A stretch of 64,000 nt of DNA. Source: Felis catus (lineage: Eukaryota). A program made the position numbers and the translations under genes. The DNA lies in assembly GCF_018350175.1 (NCBI RefSeq), contig NC_058368.1, forward strand, positions 93,808,001-93,872,000, given 5' to 3'. This document shows positions 51,660 to 63,137 of this stretch, piece after piece. Position 1 is the first letter of the stretch. Every line of letters starts with the position of its first letter. Below the pieces are notes generated by a model. It was given only the letters and a program-made list of their open reading frames with translations, searched no databases and was not told the DNA's origin.

Positions 51660-52168
51660 AGTATTTTAAAGGCATCTAATCATTTAGCCCCTACAAAATT
51701 CAGCACCCATCTTTACAAACAATGGACATCTTCTTACATAACTGCCATGTCAATATCATAACCAACAGAATTAAGGATAATTCCCTGGTATCACTTACCA
51801 GCAGTCCAGATACAGGATTTCTTGATTGCCCCAATTCTCGCCCCCGACATACACACACAATGTTGTAATCAGGATCCAAGTAAGTGCCATATATGGCATT
51901 TACTCATTATGTCCCTGAAGTATCCTTTAAAAAACAAGACCAAGTGTCTCATAGAACACTCCAGGATGTGCTTCCTGGTAGGAAGACCTAACTTTGCTCC
52001 TCTCCCTGTGTATTTCCTATAAACTGGAAATCAGACTTCTAGGATTGATTCAACTCAGGTTTAACTTTGGGGGAGGGAATACCTGCCAGGGGATGCTGTG
52101 GATTTCCTAGTGCACCATACCAGGGGATATAAGTCTGACTGTCCTGCTCTAAGAAATGCTGAGCTTCC
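51660..52168 (-). mobile_element. Ancient L1MC-like 3' fragment, continuing at ~54159-54260
   Basis: aatcaggatccaagtaagt; ggattgattcaactcaggtttaac. Confidence 0.55.
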
Positions 52169-52227
52169 CTATGACCCAGTAATTGCACCACTAGGTATTT
52201 ACCCAGAGGATACAAAAATGCTGATTT

Positions 52228-52447
52228 GGGGCGCCTGGGTGGCGCAGTCGGTTAAGCGTCCGACTTCAGCCAGGTCACGATCTCGCGGTCCGTGAGTTCG
52301 AGCCCCGCGTCAGGCTCTGGGCTGATGGCTCAGAGCCTGGAGCCTGTTTCCGATTCTGTGTCTCCCTTTCTCTCTGCCCCTCCCCCGTTCATGCTCTGTC
52401 TCTCTCTGTCCCAAAAATAAATAAACGTTGAAAAAAAATTTTTTTTT
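52228..52447 (+). mobile_element. Very young feline SINE (SINEC_Fc-type)
   Basis: CpG-intact head ggcgcagtcggttaagcgtccgacttcagccaggtcacgatctcgcggtccgtgag; perfect TSD aaaaatgctgattt. Confidence 0.95.
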
Positions 52448-52849
52448 AAAAATGCTGATTTGAAGGGGCACATGCACCCCAGTGTTTAGCAGCACTATCA
52501 ACAATAGCCAAATTAGGCCAAACGTCCATCAACTGATGAATGATAAAAAGATGTGGTATGTATGTATATATATTCCATTATATTCCATACTATTCCATTA
52601 TTTATACATACATGTATATATACATACATGATGGAATATTACTCACTGACCAAAAAGAATGAAATCTTGCCATTTGCACCACATGGATGGAATAGAATGT
52701 ATTACGCTAAGTGAAATAAGTCAGAAAAAGACAAATTTCATATGACTTCACTCACATGTGGAATTTGAGAAACAAAACAGATGAACATAGGGGAAGGGAA
52801 GGAAAATTGAGATAAAAACAGAGGGGGGGGCAAACCATAAGAGACTCTT

Positions 52850-53059
52850 TAAAAAAATTTTTTTTTAGTGTTTATTATCTATTTTTGAGAGAGACAGAGT
52901 GCAAGCAAGGGAGGGACAGAGAGAGGGAGACACAGAATCCGAGGCAGGCTCCAGGCTCTGGTCAGTCAACACAGAGCTCAATACAGGGCTTGAACTCGTG
53001 AACCATGAGATCATGACCTGAGCCAAAGTTGGACACCTAACTGAGCCACCCAGACGCCT
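52850..53059 (-). mobile_element. Can-SINE in the L1 3'UTR
   Basis: TSD ccataagagactctt. Confidence 0.93.
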
Positions 53060-54711
53060 CCATAAGAGACTCTTAGATACAGACAACAAAACTAAAAGGC
53101 AACCAACGGAATGTGAGAAGATATTTGCAAATGACATATCAGATAAAGGATTAGTATTCTAAATATATAAAGAACTTATCAAACTCAATGCTCAAAAAAT
53201 GAATAATTCAGTGAAAAAATGGGCAGACAACATGAATAGACACTTCTCCAAAGAAGACATCCAGATGGCCAACCTACACATGAAAAAATGCTTAACATCA
53301 CTCATCAGGGAAATCCAAATCAAAACCACAATGAGATACCACCTCACACCTGTCAGAATGGCTAACATTAACAACTCAGGCAACAACAGATGTTGTCCAG
53401 GATGCAGAGTAAGAGGATCTCTTTTGCATTGCTGGTGGGAATGCAAACTGGTGCAGCCACTCTGGAAAACAGGATGGAGGTCCTCAAGAAATTAAAAATA
53501 GAACTACCCTATGACCCAGCAATTGCACTACTAAGTATTTACCCAAGGGATACAGCTGTTTTGAAGGGACACATACACCCCAATGTTTACAGCAGCACTA
53601 CCGACAATAGCCAAATTACAGAAAGAGCCCAAATGTCCATCAATGGATGAATGGATAAAGAAGATGTGGTGTGTGTGTGTGTGTGTGTGTGTGTGCGTAT
53701 GTACACACAGTGGAGTATTAGTTGGCAATCAAAAAGAATGAAATCTTGCCATTTGCAACTACATGGATGGAACTGGAGGGTATTATGCTAAGTAAAATTA
53801 GTTAGAGAAAAACAAATATACAACTTCACTCATATGAGGAATTTAAGATAGTAAACAGATGAACATAAGGGAAGGGAAGCAAAAATGATATAAAAACAGG
53901 GAGTAGGACAAAACATAAGAGACTCTTAAATATGGAGAACGAATAGAGGGTTGCTGGAGGGGAGGTGGGTGGCAGGGTGGGCTAAATGGGTGATGGGCAT
54001 TGAGGAGGACACTTGTTGGAATGAGCACCGGGTGTCATATGTAAGTGATGAATCACTGGGTTCTGCTCCTGAAGCCAATATTACATTGCATGTTAACTAA
54101 CTTGAATTTAAATAAATTAATTTAAAAAAGAAAAAGAAAATAGAAATGCTGAGCTTCCTCACATGGGGCCTGATGAGCTCAGGTGGGGTCATCTTGATCC
54201 CTTCCTGTGAAACTTCCCATCAACCTTTTGTCTGATGGTTTCCTCCACTGATGAGCATTCAGGCAGGGCTCTGGCATCCCTGGGTAGGTACAAAAGGGCT
54301 GAATTCAAAGTTTCTTTCAGGGCTGCTGCCTGTCACCCCCTGGCCTCTCCCTTGCCTCAGCAGCATGCAGTGGCGAGGAGCTGATATCAATTAGCTCAGG
54401 GCAGTGGGACTGCTCCCATTTGGAAGGGGAGTTTCCAGCTCCTTCTAACCTCCCCACAGGCACTGCTTTACATGTTCCAAGATGGTGGGCAGTGTCAACG
54501 GAGGGAGAACGTTTAAGCTTGGAATGTGCTTTCACAGTATTTACTAGAACAGTGGGAACTGGGAGAGGTCCCCATGGCTGTCTGTTTACTGCATATACTT
54601 CTCATGCCAAGAAAGTATTTCTGTGTGGAGTATCTTACAGCCACATTCTCGTACAATTAGGCACAGTATTTCACGTGTCTCAGGGAGAACTCAGAGACTC
54701 GACACTTTCCT

Positions 54712-55808
54712 CTTTTTTTTTTTAATTTTTTTTAACGTTTATTTATTTTTGAGACAGAGAGAGACAGAGCATGAACAGGGCAGGGTCAGAGAGAGGCAGA
54801 CACAGAATCTGAAACAGGCCCCAGGCTCCGAGCTGTCAGCACAGAGCCCGACGCGGGGCTCAAACTCACAGGCTGCGAGATCATGACCTGAGCCGAAGTC
54901 GGCCGCTCAACCGACTGAGCCACCCAGGCGTCCCTCGACACTTCCCTCTTTGATGCATAGTGGCCCCACTCCTTATCTTCCATTTCCGTAACAATAAAGG
55001 GGCTGATATCTCTGTTATTATTTATGACATTCCGGAACTGCCATATGTCAGTGTATCAATTTTATGTCATGGTGCCAATTCTCATCATCTAGAGGCACCC
55101 CGCTTGCTCACGCGGTTTTGCATTGGTGGGTCGCTATACCTGTTTCTGGAGGACAGAATTGGGTGTACAAAAGACAGTCAGGCCTGGACCAACTACCAAG
55201 TAGAGGAATCACGTCTTGGCCGTGAGCTTCAGCCCTGCCTCTTTCCTCCCTCAACTCTCCCTTCAATATGAAGTGCTTCTTAGCTGTTTCTACCGCTGCT
55301 TTCAATTTTCTGCTCTTGACACCAAGGCCGAGGACTGGATTTTTTTGTTCGGTTTGGTGTTTTTCTTTCCATCTGCTCTGCAGACGTTGAAGCAGGGTAG
55401 TTTCCAGCCAGCCAATTGGGCACAGAAATAGTGTCCTCCAGATGAGTGGGTGATGGTTCCCTGGATGGGAGCGATACGTAGGAGGCTTGCCACCACAAGG
55501 AAAATACTATCTTGCAGAGCAAGAGTCGATCTGCAAGCGGAGAGAATGAGGAAGGAAAACCCTTGTCATTTTATTGAAAAATTTTTTTATTATGTTTATT
55601 TAGAGAGAAAGAGAGAGAGAGAGTACAAGCAATGGTGGGGGAGGGGGAGGAGCGGGGACAGAGAAAGAGGGAGACACAGAATCCGAAGCAGGCTCCAGAC
55701 TCTGAGCTGTCAGCACAGAGCCCGACGCGGGGCTTGAACCCACGAACTGCAGGATCATGACCTGAGCGGAAGTCAGACGCTCAACCGACTGAGCGGCCCA
55801 GGCGCCCC
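54712..55808 (-). mobile_element. Two Can-SINEs (54712-54934 and 55580-55808)
   Basis: TSDs ctcgacactt(t/c)cctcttt and aaccc(t/a)tgtcatttta. Confidence 0.93.
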
Positions 55809-55875
55809 AACCCATGTCATTTTAGATGGACCGAAGGAGAAGGCCTCTGGGTCCAAGGGCATGATCTTCTCAATT

Positions 55876-55975
55876 CCTCCCTTCCTTCCTTCCTTCCTTC
55901 CTTCCTTCCTTCCTTCCTTCCTTCCTTCCTTCTTCTCTTCCCTTTTCTTCCTTCCTTCCTTTCTTCTCCTTCTCT
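55876..55975 (+). repeat. (CCTT)n polypyrimidine microsatellite
   Basis: About 13 CCTT units plus a degenerate extension. Confidence 0.95.
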
Positions 55976-55996
55976 CTTTTTTACTGAGATATAACC

Positions 55997-56220
55997 AACA
56001 GTGAAATCATGCCATTTGCGACAACATGAATGGACAGAGGGTATCATGCTAAGTGAAATATGTCAGACAGAGAAAGACAAATACCATATGATTTCACATA
56101 CATGTGGAATCTGAAAAACGAACACAACAAAAGAGAGCTCACAGATGCAGAGAAGAGACTGGTGGCTGCCACAGAGGAGGGGCGGGTGAAATGGGAGAAG
56201 GCAGGTAGGAGGGGAGACCC
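55997..56220 (+). mobile_element. L1MA9-like 3' fragment
   Basis: gaaatcatgccatttgcgacaacatg...gagaaagacaaataccatatgatttcac. Confidence 0.8.
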
Positions 56221-56253
56221 TCCTTGTACTCAGTGACTTCCTTGGGACAGGAG

Positions 56254-56444
56254 TTTTTCAAGTGTTTATTTGCTTTTGAGAGAGAGCGTGAGCAAGCAGG
56301 GGAGGGGCAGAGAGAGAGGGAGACGGAGGATCCAAAGCAGGCTCCAGGCTGTCATTGCTCAGCCGACTGAGCCACTCAGGGGCCCCACCATTTTAACCAC
56401 TTTTAAGTGCATTAACTACATTCACATCGTGGGCAACCATCACC
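56254..56444 (-). mobile_element. Internally deleted SINE plus L1 flank, a copy of ~57800-58053
   Basis: Shared flank ccccaccatttt(a/g)accacttttaagtgcattaactaca.tcacat.gtgggcaaccatc. Confidence 0.8.
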
Positions 56445-56926
56445 GCGCCAAGGAGCTTTGCTGGGCCTGAATTTGGAGATGCGAGGGGCACCTCACACAG
56501 AGCCTGCAGCCTGGAGGCCAAGGGCAGGCTGAGCTGGGAGGGCAGCTAATAAGCCTGCCAGGGCCCACCTCACTGGAGGAAATGGGTTTGTTGCTATAGC
56601 AAAGGCGAGCCGCCTTTTTAAAAAGCCTACGCGAATCATTCTGTGAACCTCTCAAGAAACGTCAAGCTGTTTCCAGTCGACTAAAATTTCCTTGGTCTGC
56701 CCTGCAACCTGAAAGGAAATAAAAGACCACAGCATTCTCTACGGCTGCTTTGATAGCATTATGCGCGGTCTGCTTTCAAGCACCGGCTGCAGTTGCAAAA
56801 TCGTGTGCAGATGCAGGTCTGGGGTGCAGGCTCTGAACAGAGGGAGGGAGGGCTCTGGGCAAGGGTCACAGATATCAACCCATGTCTAAAATGGGTGGAT
56901 TGCTTGACTCTTAAAATGTTTAATTT

Positions 56927-57130
56927 TGGGTGCCTGGGTGACTCAGTAAGTTAAGCGTCTGGCTCTTGATCTCAGTTCAGGTCATGATCTCATAGTTCAT
57001 GAGTTCGAGCCCCATGTCTGGCTCTGCGCTGACAGCGTGGAGCCTGCTTGGGATCCATTCTCTCCCTCTCTCTGCCCCCACCCCCTGTGCTTTCTCTCTC
57101 AAAAATAAAAATAAACATTTAAAAAATGTT
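56927..57130 (+). mobile_element. Feline Can-SINE
   Basis: TSD aaaatgttt(a/g)atttt. Confidence 0.92.
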
Positions 57131-57154
57131 TGATTTTTTCTTTTAAAAAAAGAT

Positions 57155-57185
57155 TATATATATATACATATATACGTGTGCGCGC

Positions 57186-57218
<33 letters not shown>
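57155..57218 (+). repeat. Compound (TA)n-(CG)n-(TG)n microsatellite
   Basis: tatatatatacatatatacgtgtgcgcgcgcg(tg)n. Confidence 0.95.
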
Positions 57219-57219
<1 letters not shown>

Positions 57220-57489
57220 CTCCATCCCCTAAGGGAGTCCTAGACTGGTGTAATATCCAATTTGTAAAAAGAAAAATTGCCACTAGACTTCACACTGCTC
57301 CCACCATGGCTGGGGACCTGGGGGTGAAGGAGGGGCCATGTATATAATAGGCTGGAAACTACTGGAAAAGTTCTTACTTTATAGAAGAGAGAAGGGTGCA
57401 TTTTGTGTTGTTCCAAAAGCCAAAACTAAGGAAGGAAAGTCACAAAGGGGTTCATTTTGTCTTAGTATAAACAAATTTAAAAAGATTTG

Positions 57490-58490
57490 TTTCACTGTGG
57501 TAACATATACATGAAATGAAATTTACCATTTTCACCACTTTATTTTTTTTTTTTAATTTTTTAATGCTTGTTTATTTTTGGGAGAGACAGAGACCGAGAG
57601 CAAGCGAGGGAGGGGCAGAGAGAGAGAGAGAGAGGGAGAGGGAAACATGGAATCCAAAGCAGACTCCGGGCTCTGAGCTGTCAGCACAGAGTCTGACGTG
57701 GGGCTCAAACTCACAAACCGCGAGATCATGACCTGAGCCGAAGTTGACACTTAACCAACTGAGCCACTCAGGTGCCCCCATTTTAACCACTTAAAAAAAT
57801 TTTTTTTAATGTTTATTTATTCTTGAGAAAGAGAACACAAGCAGGGGAGAGGCAGAGAGAGAGGGAGACAGAGGATCTGAAGCAGGCTCCAGACTTTCAG
57901 TGCAAAGGCCAATGTGGGGCTCGAACCCATGAGTCGTGAGATCATGACATCATCTGAAGTCAGACACTCAACCTACTGAGCCACTCAGGCACCCCACCAT
58001 TTTGACCACTTTTAAGTGCATTAACTACAGTCACATTGTGGGCAACCATCGCCACCATCCATCTCCAGTACGTTTTCATGTTCCCAAACTGTAACTCAGT
58101 CCTCACGAAACACCACCTCCCAATTCCCTTCCCCATGTCCCCTGGCAACCACCACTGTACTTCCTGTCTCTAAAAATTTGACTGTTTTGCCACCTCGTAC
58201 AAGTGGAATCATATACTATATGGCCTTCTGTGTCTGGCTTCCTTCACTTAGGAACATCAAAGATAATGACGCTTTGTGTCCATGGTAGAGCATGAGTCAG
58301 TTTCTTTTCTTTTTGAGGCTGAATAATATTCCATTGTACGTATGTGTGGACCACATAATGTTTCACCGTTCATCTTTCAACAGGCATGTGGGCTGTTTCC
58401 ACCTGTAGGCAATTATGAATAATGCTGCTGTGAACAAGAACATTCGAGTACCTGTTGGAGTCCCTGCTTTTAATTCTTTTCTTTTGGGTA
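57490..58490 (-). mobile_element. L1MB-like 3' end containing two SINEs (57541-57779 and 57793-57995)
   Basis: aaatttaccatttt...caaccatcgccaccatccatctccag...aagtggaatcata; triplicated TSD. Confidence 0.85.
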
Positions 58491-58769
58491 TTAAAAATAT
58501 ATTATAATGAGCTAAACTAGATGAAGGATCTGTCTGCTGTAGAAGACTCTATGTTCCCTTTTACTGGAGCCAGTAAAGTTCCCGCAAGTGCCCAACCTTC
58601 AAAGAACCCCCAGAAGAGATTCCCATCTCTGGGTATGGATTTGACTAGTGAATCCCAAACCTGGCTCTGCATCAGAATCACACGGCCAGCATCTAAAAAT
58701 ATCGGAGGCCTAGAAATCCGGGGGATACCACACCAACCAACCGTTTAAACCTAACGTCGCTGATACTGA

Positions 58770-59340
58770 GACAAACTGACATCATGTGACATCATCTACA
58801 TAGCATTCCTGCTAAAATTGCTCACACTGAATCTAACCATGAGGAAACAGACATCCAAATTGAAGGCCATTCTGCAAAACCACAAAAATGTCAAGGTAAT
58901 TTAAGAAAAAGTTGGAAACTGTCCCAGGTTAGAGGAGTAAATTTGACTCGAAAGCCAAATGTATTGAAGATTTTTTATTGGATTGGGCATGAAAAAAAAA
59001 AAAACCAATAAAGGACATTATATGGGACAATGGGGAAGTGTGATTATGGATTGTAAATAACTGTATTGTTAGCAATGGTAAATTTCCTGAGGATGATCAT
59101 TACATTGTGGCTAAGGAGGTGAATATCTTTGTTCTCAGGATAAAAAAACGGGGAAGTATACAAAGGTGAAGAGAAATTATTACTGCAACTAAGTCTCAAA
59201 GGGCTCAAAGAATAAACCTGTGTGTAGGTACATAAATATATAGAAAGAAAGATAAAATAAATGTAGGAAAATGTTAATAATCGTGAACCCAGGCAAAGTA
59301 CACACAGCTCTTACTGAACTACTCATGACATGTTTATATG
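58770..59340 (+). mobile_element. Ancient L1MC-like 3' end
   Basis: tgaatctaaccatgaggaaacagacatccaaattgaaggccattctgcaaaa. Confidence 0.65.
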
Positions 59341-59354
59341 CAGGTGAGCATCTT

Positions 59355-59510
59355 ATTTTTTTCAAGTTCATTTATTTATTTTGAGAGAGAGAGAAGGAGC
59401 AGGGGAGGTGCAGAGAGAGGGAGAAAGAGAATCCCAAGCAGGCTCCACGTTGTCAGCACAGAGCCCGCCACCCGGCTTGAGCCCCTCTCACGAGATCGTG
59501 AAGTGACCGG
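59355..59510 (-). mobile_element. 5'-truncated Can-SINE
   Basis: SINE body lacking its head. Confidence 0.8.
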
Positions 59511-59609
59511 GACAACTAACCTGCAAACCAACATGCATGAACCACAAAGCTAGATGACTCCTTAGGGACCTCCCCAGTGGAAATTCTGTGATTTTCTTGA
59601 GAGCCGCAT

Positions 59610-61620
59610 TTCTAAGCAGTGGGGAGAAGGATCATTTGACGTTCAATAGATTAACGATTAGAACAATAAGGAAACTGACTGCCTACCTTACTCTGAGATA
59701 TGTAGCAGATGAGTCAAATATTTAAATATAAGAAAATAAAACCACCAGGAGTGCCTGGCTGGCTCAGTCAGAGAGCATGTGACTCTTGATCTTGTGGTTG
59801 TGAGTGCAAGCCCCACGTTGGATGTAGGGATTGCTTAATAAAAGCTTTTAAAAAAATGAAACCACAAAAGCATCTAAAGAAAATGTGAGACACTTTCTTA
59901 ATTCAATCTTGGCATGAAGAAGGTCTTTCTAAAGAAGACACGAGACCAAAAATCACGAACTATTAATAAATCTGCCCATAAAAACAATTTCTTCATGGCC
60001 AAGAGTACTTCAAAGAAAGACAAAAGAAAAGCTACAAATGGGAACTACTATCAACAAAAGAGATGGCTCAGGCTAATTTACTCAATAAATAAATAAGTAG
60101 ACAAATCAAAAAGAAATACCCCTTACCAAAAACCCAACAGAAAAGTGGACAAAAAAGGGACATAAAAAAGAGAGGTCACGGAAAAGGACACACAGACACA
60201 AATGCCTGTAGACATACTAAAAAGCTTGTCCACTGTTACCACAAATAAGACAGGCAGACATCAAAATTAAATGGAGATAGCGTTTTTCACTTTGCAGATT
60301 TCTAGGCAGTGTTCCAAAAGTCGAGTGCCAGGGTAGTTTGCAAAGGCTGTGGGCAACTGGGCAGGTTCATGCGCTATTGGTGGGGTTGCAAATGGTGGAA
60401 CTCTTCAGAGGCCATTTTGGCAAATCGATCAAAATACTAAATGCACATACTTTTCCACCCAGAAATTTCACTTCTAGGAATCAATATTCAAATGTGTTCA
60501 AAGATGCATAAGTAATATATCAATAGTAGCATTTTCTTTTAACTTTATTTTGACAGAGACAGAGACAGCACAAGTCAGGGAGGGGCAGAGAGGGAGGGAG
60601 AGAGAGAATCCCAAGCAGGTTCCCCACTGCCAGCACAGAGCCCGACATGGGGCTCAAACCCACGAACGGTGAGATCATGACCCGAGCCAAAACCAAGAGT
60701 CGGTTGCTTAACTGACTGAGCCACCCAGGTGCCCCAATGGTAGCATTTTTTTTGAATTAAGAGTCTGAAACAACCTAAGAGATCATCAATAAAACATTAA
60801 GTAAATATTGGAACGTCTGTATAATGCTCATCAATCTGTTGGAACATCTATATATTAACGCACAGCACTTAGAAGTTAGATGGGTATGTGTTGATGTGGA
60901 ATTTTCTGTAATGGGGAAAAAAGCAAGGTGGAGGATATTTCTATGTTAAAAAGAAAAGACATTCTGTGTGTACATTTTATGCTTGCAAATCAGCAAATTG
61001 TGGAAAATATACAATACACTGTTAATAATCATTATCTCTAACTTGGGTTCCAGGGGAGGATACTCTTCTCAATCCTTCATATAAACAAAATTTTTACAAT
61101 TGGTAATATTCAGGGTGGGTGAGGGCATAAAAAATAAAGATATTCTTATAGACTATCAGTGATTGTGTAAATTGGTCCAGCCTTTTTAGAGGCCAATTTG
61201 ACAATGCTTACAAAATTTTAAATTCCTTGTACCCCATTACCCAACAATTCCAAGTTTTGGGAATCCATCACAAAAAAATACTCAAAATCATAAAATTATA
61301 GGTATCCAGTGACAATTTGGGGCATAATGAAAAAGCTACTCAATATGAATAATGGAGAGGCCATGATATAAGATCTGGTGGTCCATTTCATGTGGGATTA
61401 AGGCTAAGCAACTGTAAGAATTACAATCCCCAACAGATTGTAAACTATAAATTATATTACAAATCTTGATGATGTAAAAATAATAATATGACGATCAAAA
61501 ACCAGAAGACAGAGGGAAAAGATGTGGGACAGTAGGTGATAATACTAATAACCACATCTCATAGCAAAGCAAGTTAAGTCAGTCTGCCAAATTTGAAGCA
61601 TATAGTTAAAAAATATATTT
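59610..61620 (+). mobile_element. Ancient L1M/L1ME 3' fragments containing SINEs at 59748-59855(+) and 60535-60735(-)
   Basis: Degenerate ORF2 C-terminal motifs (cccagaaatttcacttctaggaat; gaaacaacctaa); SINE TSDs aaaccac and aat(a/g)gtagcatttt. Confidence 0.6.
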
Positions 61621-61659
61621 GCCAATCACTTAATGGTTTACAGAATCTCTTTCCCTCTC

Positions 61660-61965
61660 CTGCTTTTTTCTTTTCCATTTTTTAAGTTTATTAATTTTGA
61701 GAGAGAGAGAGCGCAAGTAGAGGAGAGGCAGAGAGAGAATCTGAAGCAGGCTCTGCACCGTCAGCACAGAGCCCCATGTGGGCTCAGTCTCACAAACTGT
61801 GAGATCATGACCCAAACTGAAATCAAGGATCAGATGCTTAACCAACTGAGCTACCCAGGCACCCCTCTTTTCTTAAGTAGGCTCCAGGCCCAATGTGGGG
61901 CTTGAACTCACCACCCTGAGATCAAGAGTCATGTGCCTTACTGACTGAGCCAGACAGGTGCCCCT
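61660..61965 (-). mobile_element. Two nested Can-SINEs (61680-61866 and 61870-61965)
   Basis: Two reverse-complement heads. Confidence 0.88.
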
Positions 61966-62076
61966 GCTTTCCTTTTCTATAATCAACTTTCCTGACTTTA
62001 CTAGGATCACTTAGGGAATATTATCTCTTATGGTAAAGAAGTATTTACCTAAAGTTCATCGATCTTTCAGGTTACT

Positions 62077-62210
62077 CAGGGCCATGGCACATGCTGTGGA
62101 TACTATGTGCTGCCCAGCTCTAAGAGGGGCCCTTACAGGGGCTGTAATATAAATGCACCCCCCTCTAGAGTTGGGCAGTGCTCACCTATACAACTGGATG
62201 GGGCAGCCAA
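62077..62210. mobile_element. MER91A-like palindromic hAT-Tip100 MITE
   Basis: Imperfect internal palindrome ctgcccagctcta...tagagttgggcag; ends cagggcc...ggcagcc. Confidence 0.65.
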
Positions 62211-62349
62211 AGTTTACTACAGTTTTCTTACTTTTAATATTTAAGGATAAAGTTAATGATTTTCCACTACAGATATAGTGAAAGCATATATTTTCCACTA
62301 TATATGGCTTATATAAAATGACCCCACTGAACACAAGTACTCTTCTTTA

Positions 62350-62550
62350 GAGCAGCAGTACAACGTGGCAGTTAGGCATGCCAGTTCGAGATTCATACCG
62401 TGTGGGTTAGAGCCCTGATTAGCTGTGCGACTTGGGGAAAATGACTTAGCCTCTCTGTGTCCCAGCTTCTTCATCCATGAAATGCAATAATTACAGCCCA
62501 GTTGGTAGTTGAGAAGATTTCATGAAATAATCCATGTGCATTGTTTAAGC
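62350..62550 (+). mobile_element. MIR
   Basis: ttagctgtgcgacttggggaaaatgacttagcctctctgtgtcccagcttcttcatc. Confidence 0.75.
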
Positions 62551-62904
62551 TGTGAAACTAAGTCAATCTGATTGTAAGGAGAGAAATAAAATCAAAGACT
62601 CTGGTCTCTAGCACCGTCCTGTGGTCCTAGAAGGGGTGCCTCATGTGATTCTAGTTCAAAAGAGAATTCTGCCCTCCTCAGGGACTTGCCTATTTTCCAA
62701 TTTCTCAGTTGAGGGTTAACAATACGAATATTTTGGTATGAACTTTTCAAATGTCCCCACCAAACACAACCAATAGAGCAAATCTTGTGCACATTTTCCT
62801 TTTCTAAAAAAAGAGGAAAAAGAAAAAGAAACCTCCAATTTTAAAGATTATGAGGAGAATCTAGTACAGTACCCTCATTCAGGGTGCTTTTTAAGTAAAT
62901 TCTA

Positions 62905-62940
62905 ATTTTTAAAAAAAGTTTATTTACTTATTTATTTTGT

Positions 62941-63005
<65 letters not shown>

Positions 63006-63137
63006 GAGACAAACCCAAGCAGGCTCCACATTATCAGCGTGGAGCCCCATGTGGAGCTCATGAACTAACTGTGAGATCATGACCTGAGCTGAAGTCAAGA
63101 GTCAGACGCTCAACCGACGGAGCAACCCGGGCGCCCC
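62905..63137 (-). mobile_element. Can-SINE with a (GA)~30 expansion
   Basis: TSD taaattctaa; (GA)n at 62942-63001. Confidence 0.93.

Larger units (their letters stand above)
52169..54141 (+). mobile_element. Composite 5'-truncated L1 made of two overlapping 3' segments, with two nested SINEs
   Basis: 17-bp TSD agaaatgctgagcttcc at 52152-52168 and 54142-54158; ORF2 C-terminus and 3'UTR sequence occur twice. Confidence 0.9.

Noticed and set aside
52077..52100. U1 snRNA-like atacctgccagggga
   Set aside because: Similarity does not extend; it fits the surrounding L1MC-like fragment
1371..61905. Many recurring short ORFs (MAQSVKRPTSAQVMIS..., ...ERERER...)
   Set aside because: They are translations of Can-SINE copies, not a protein family or repeat array
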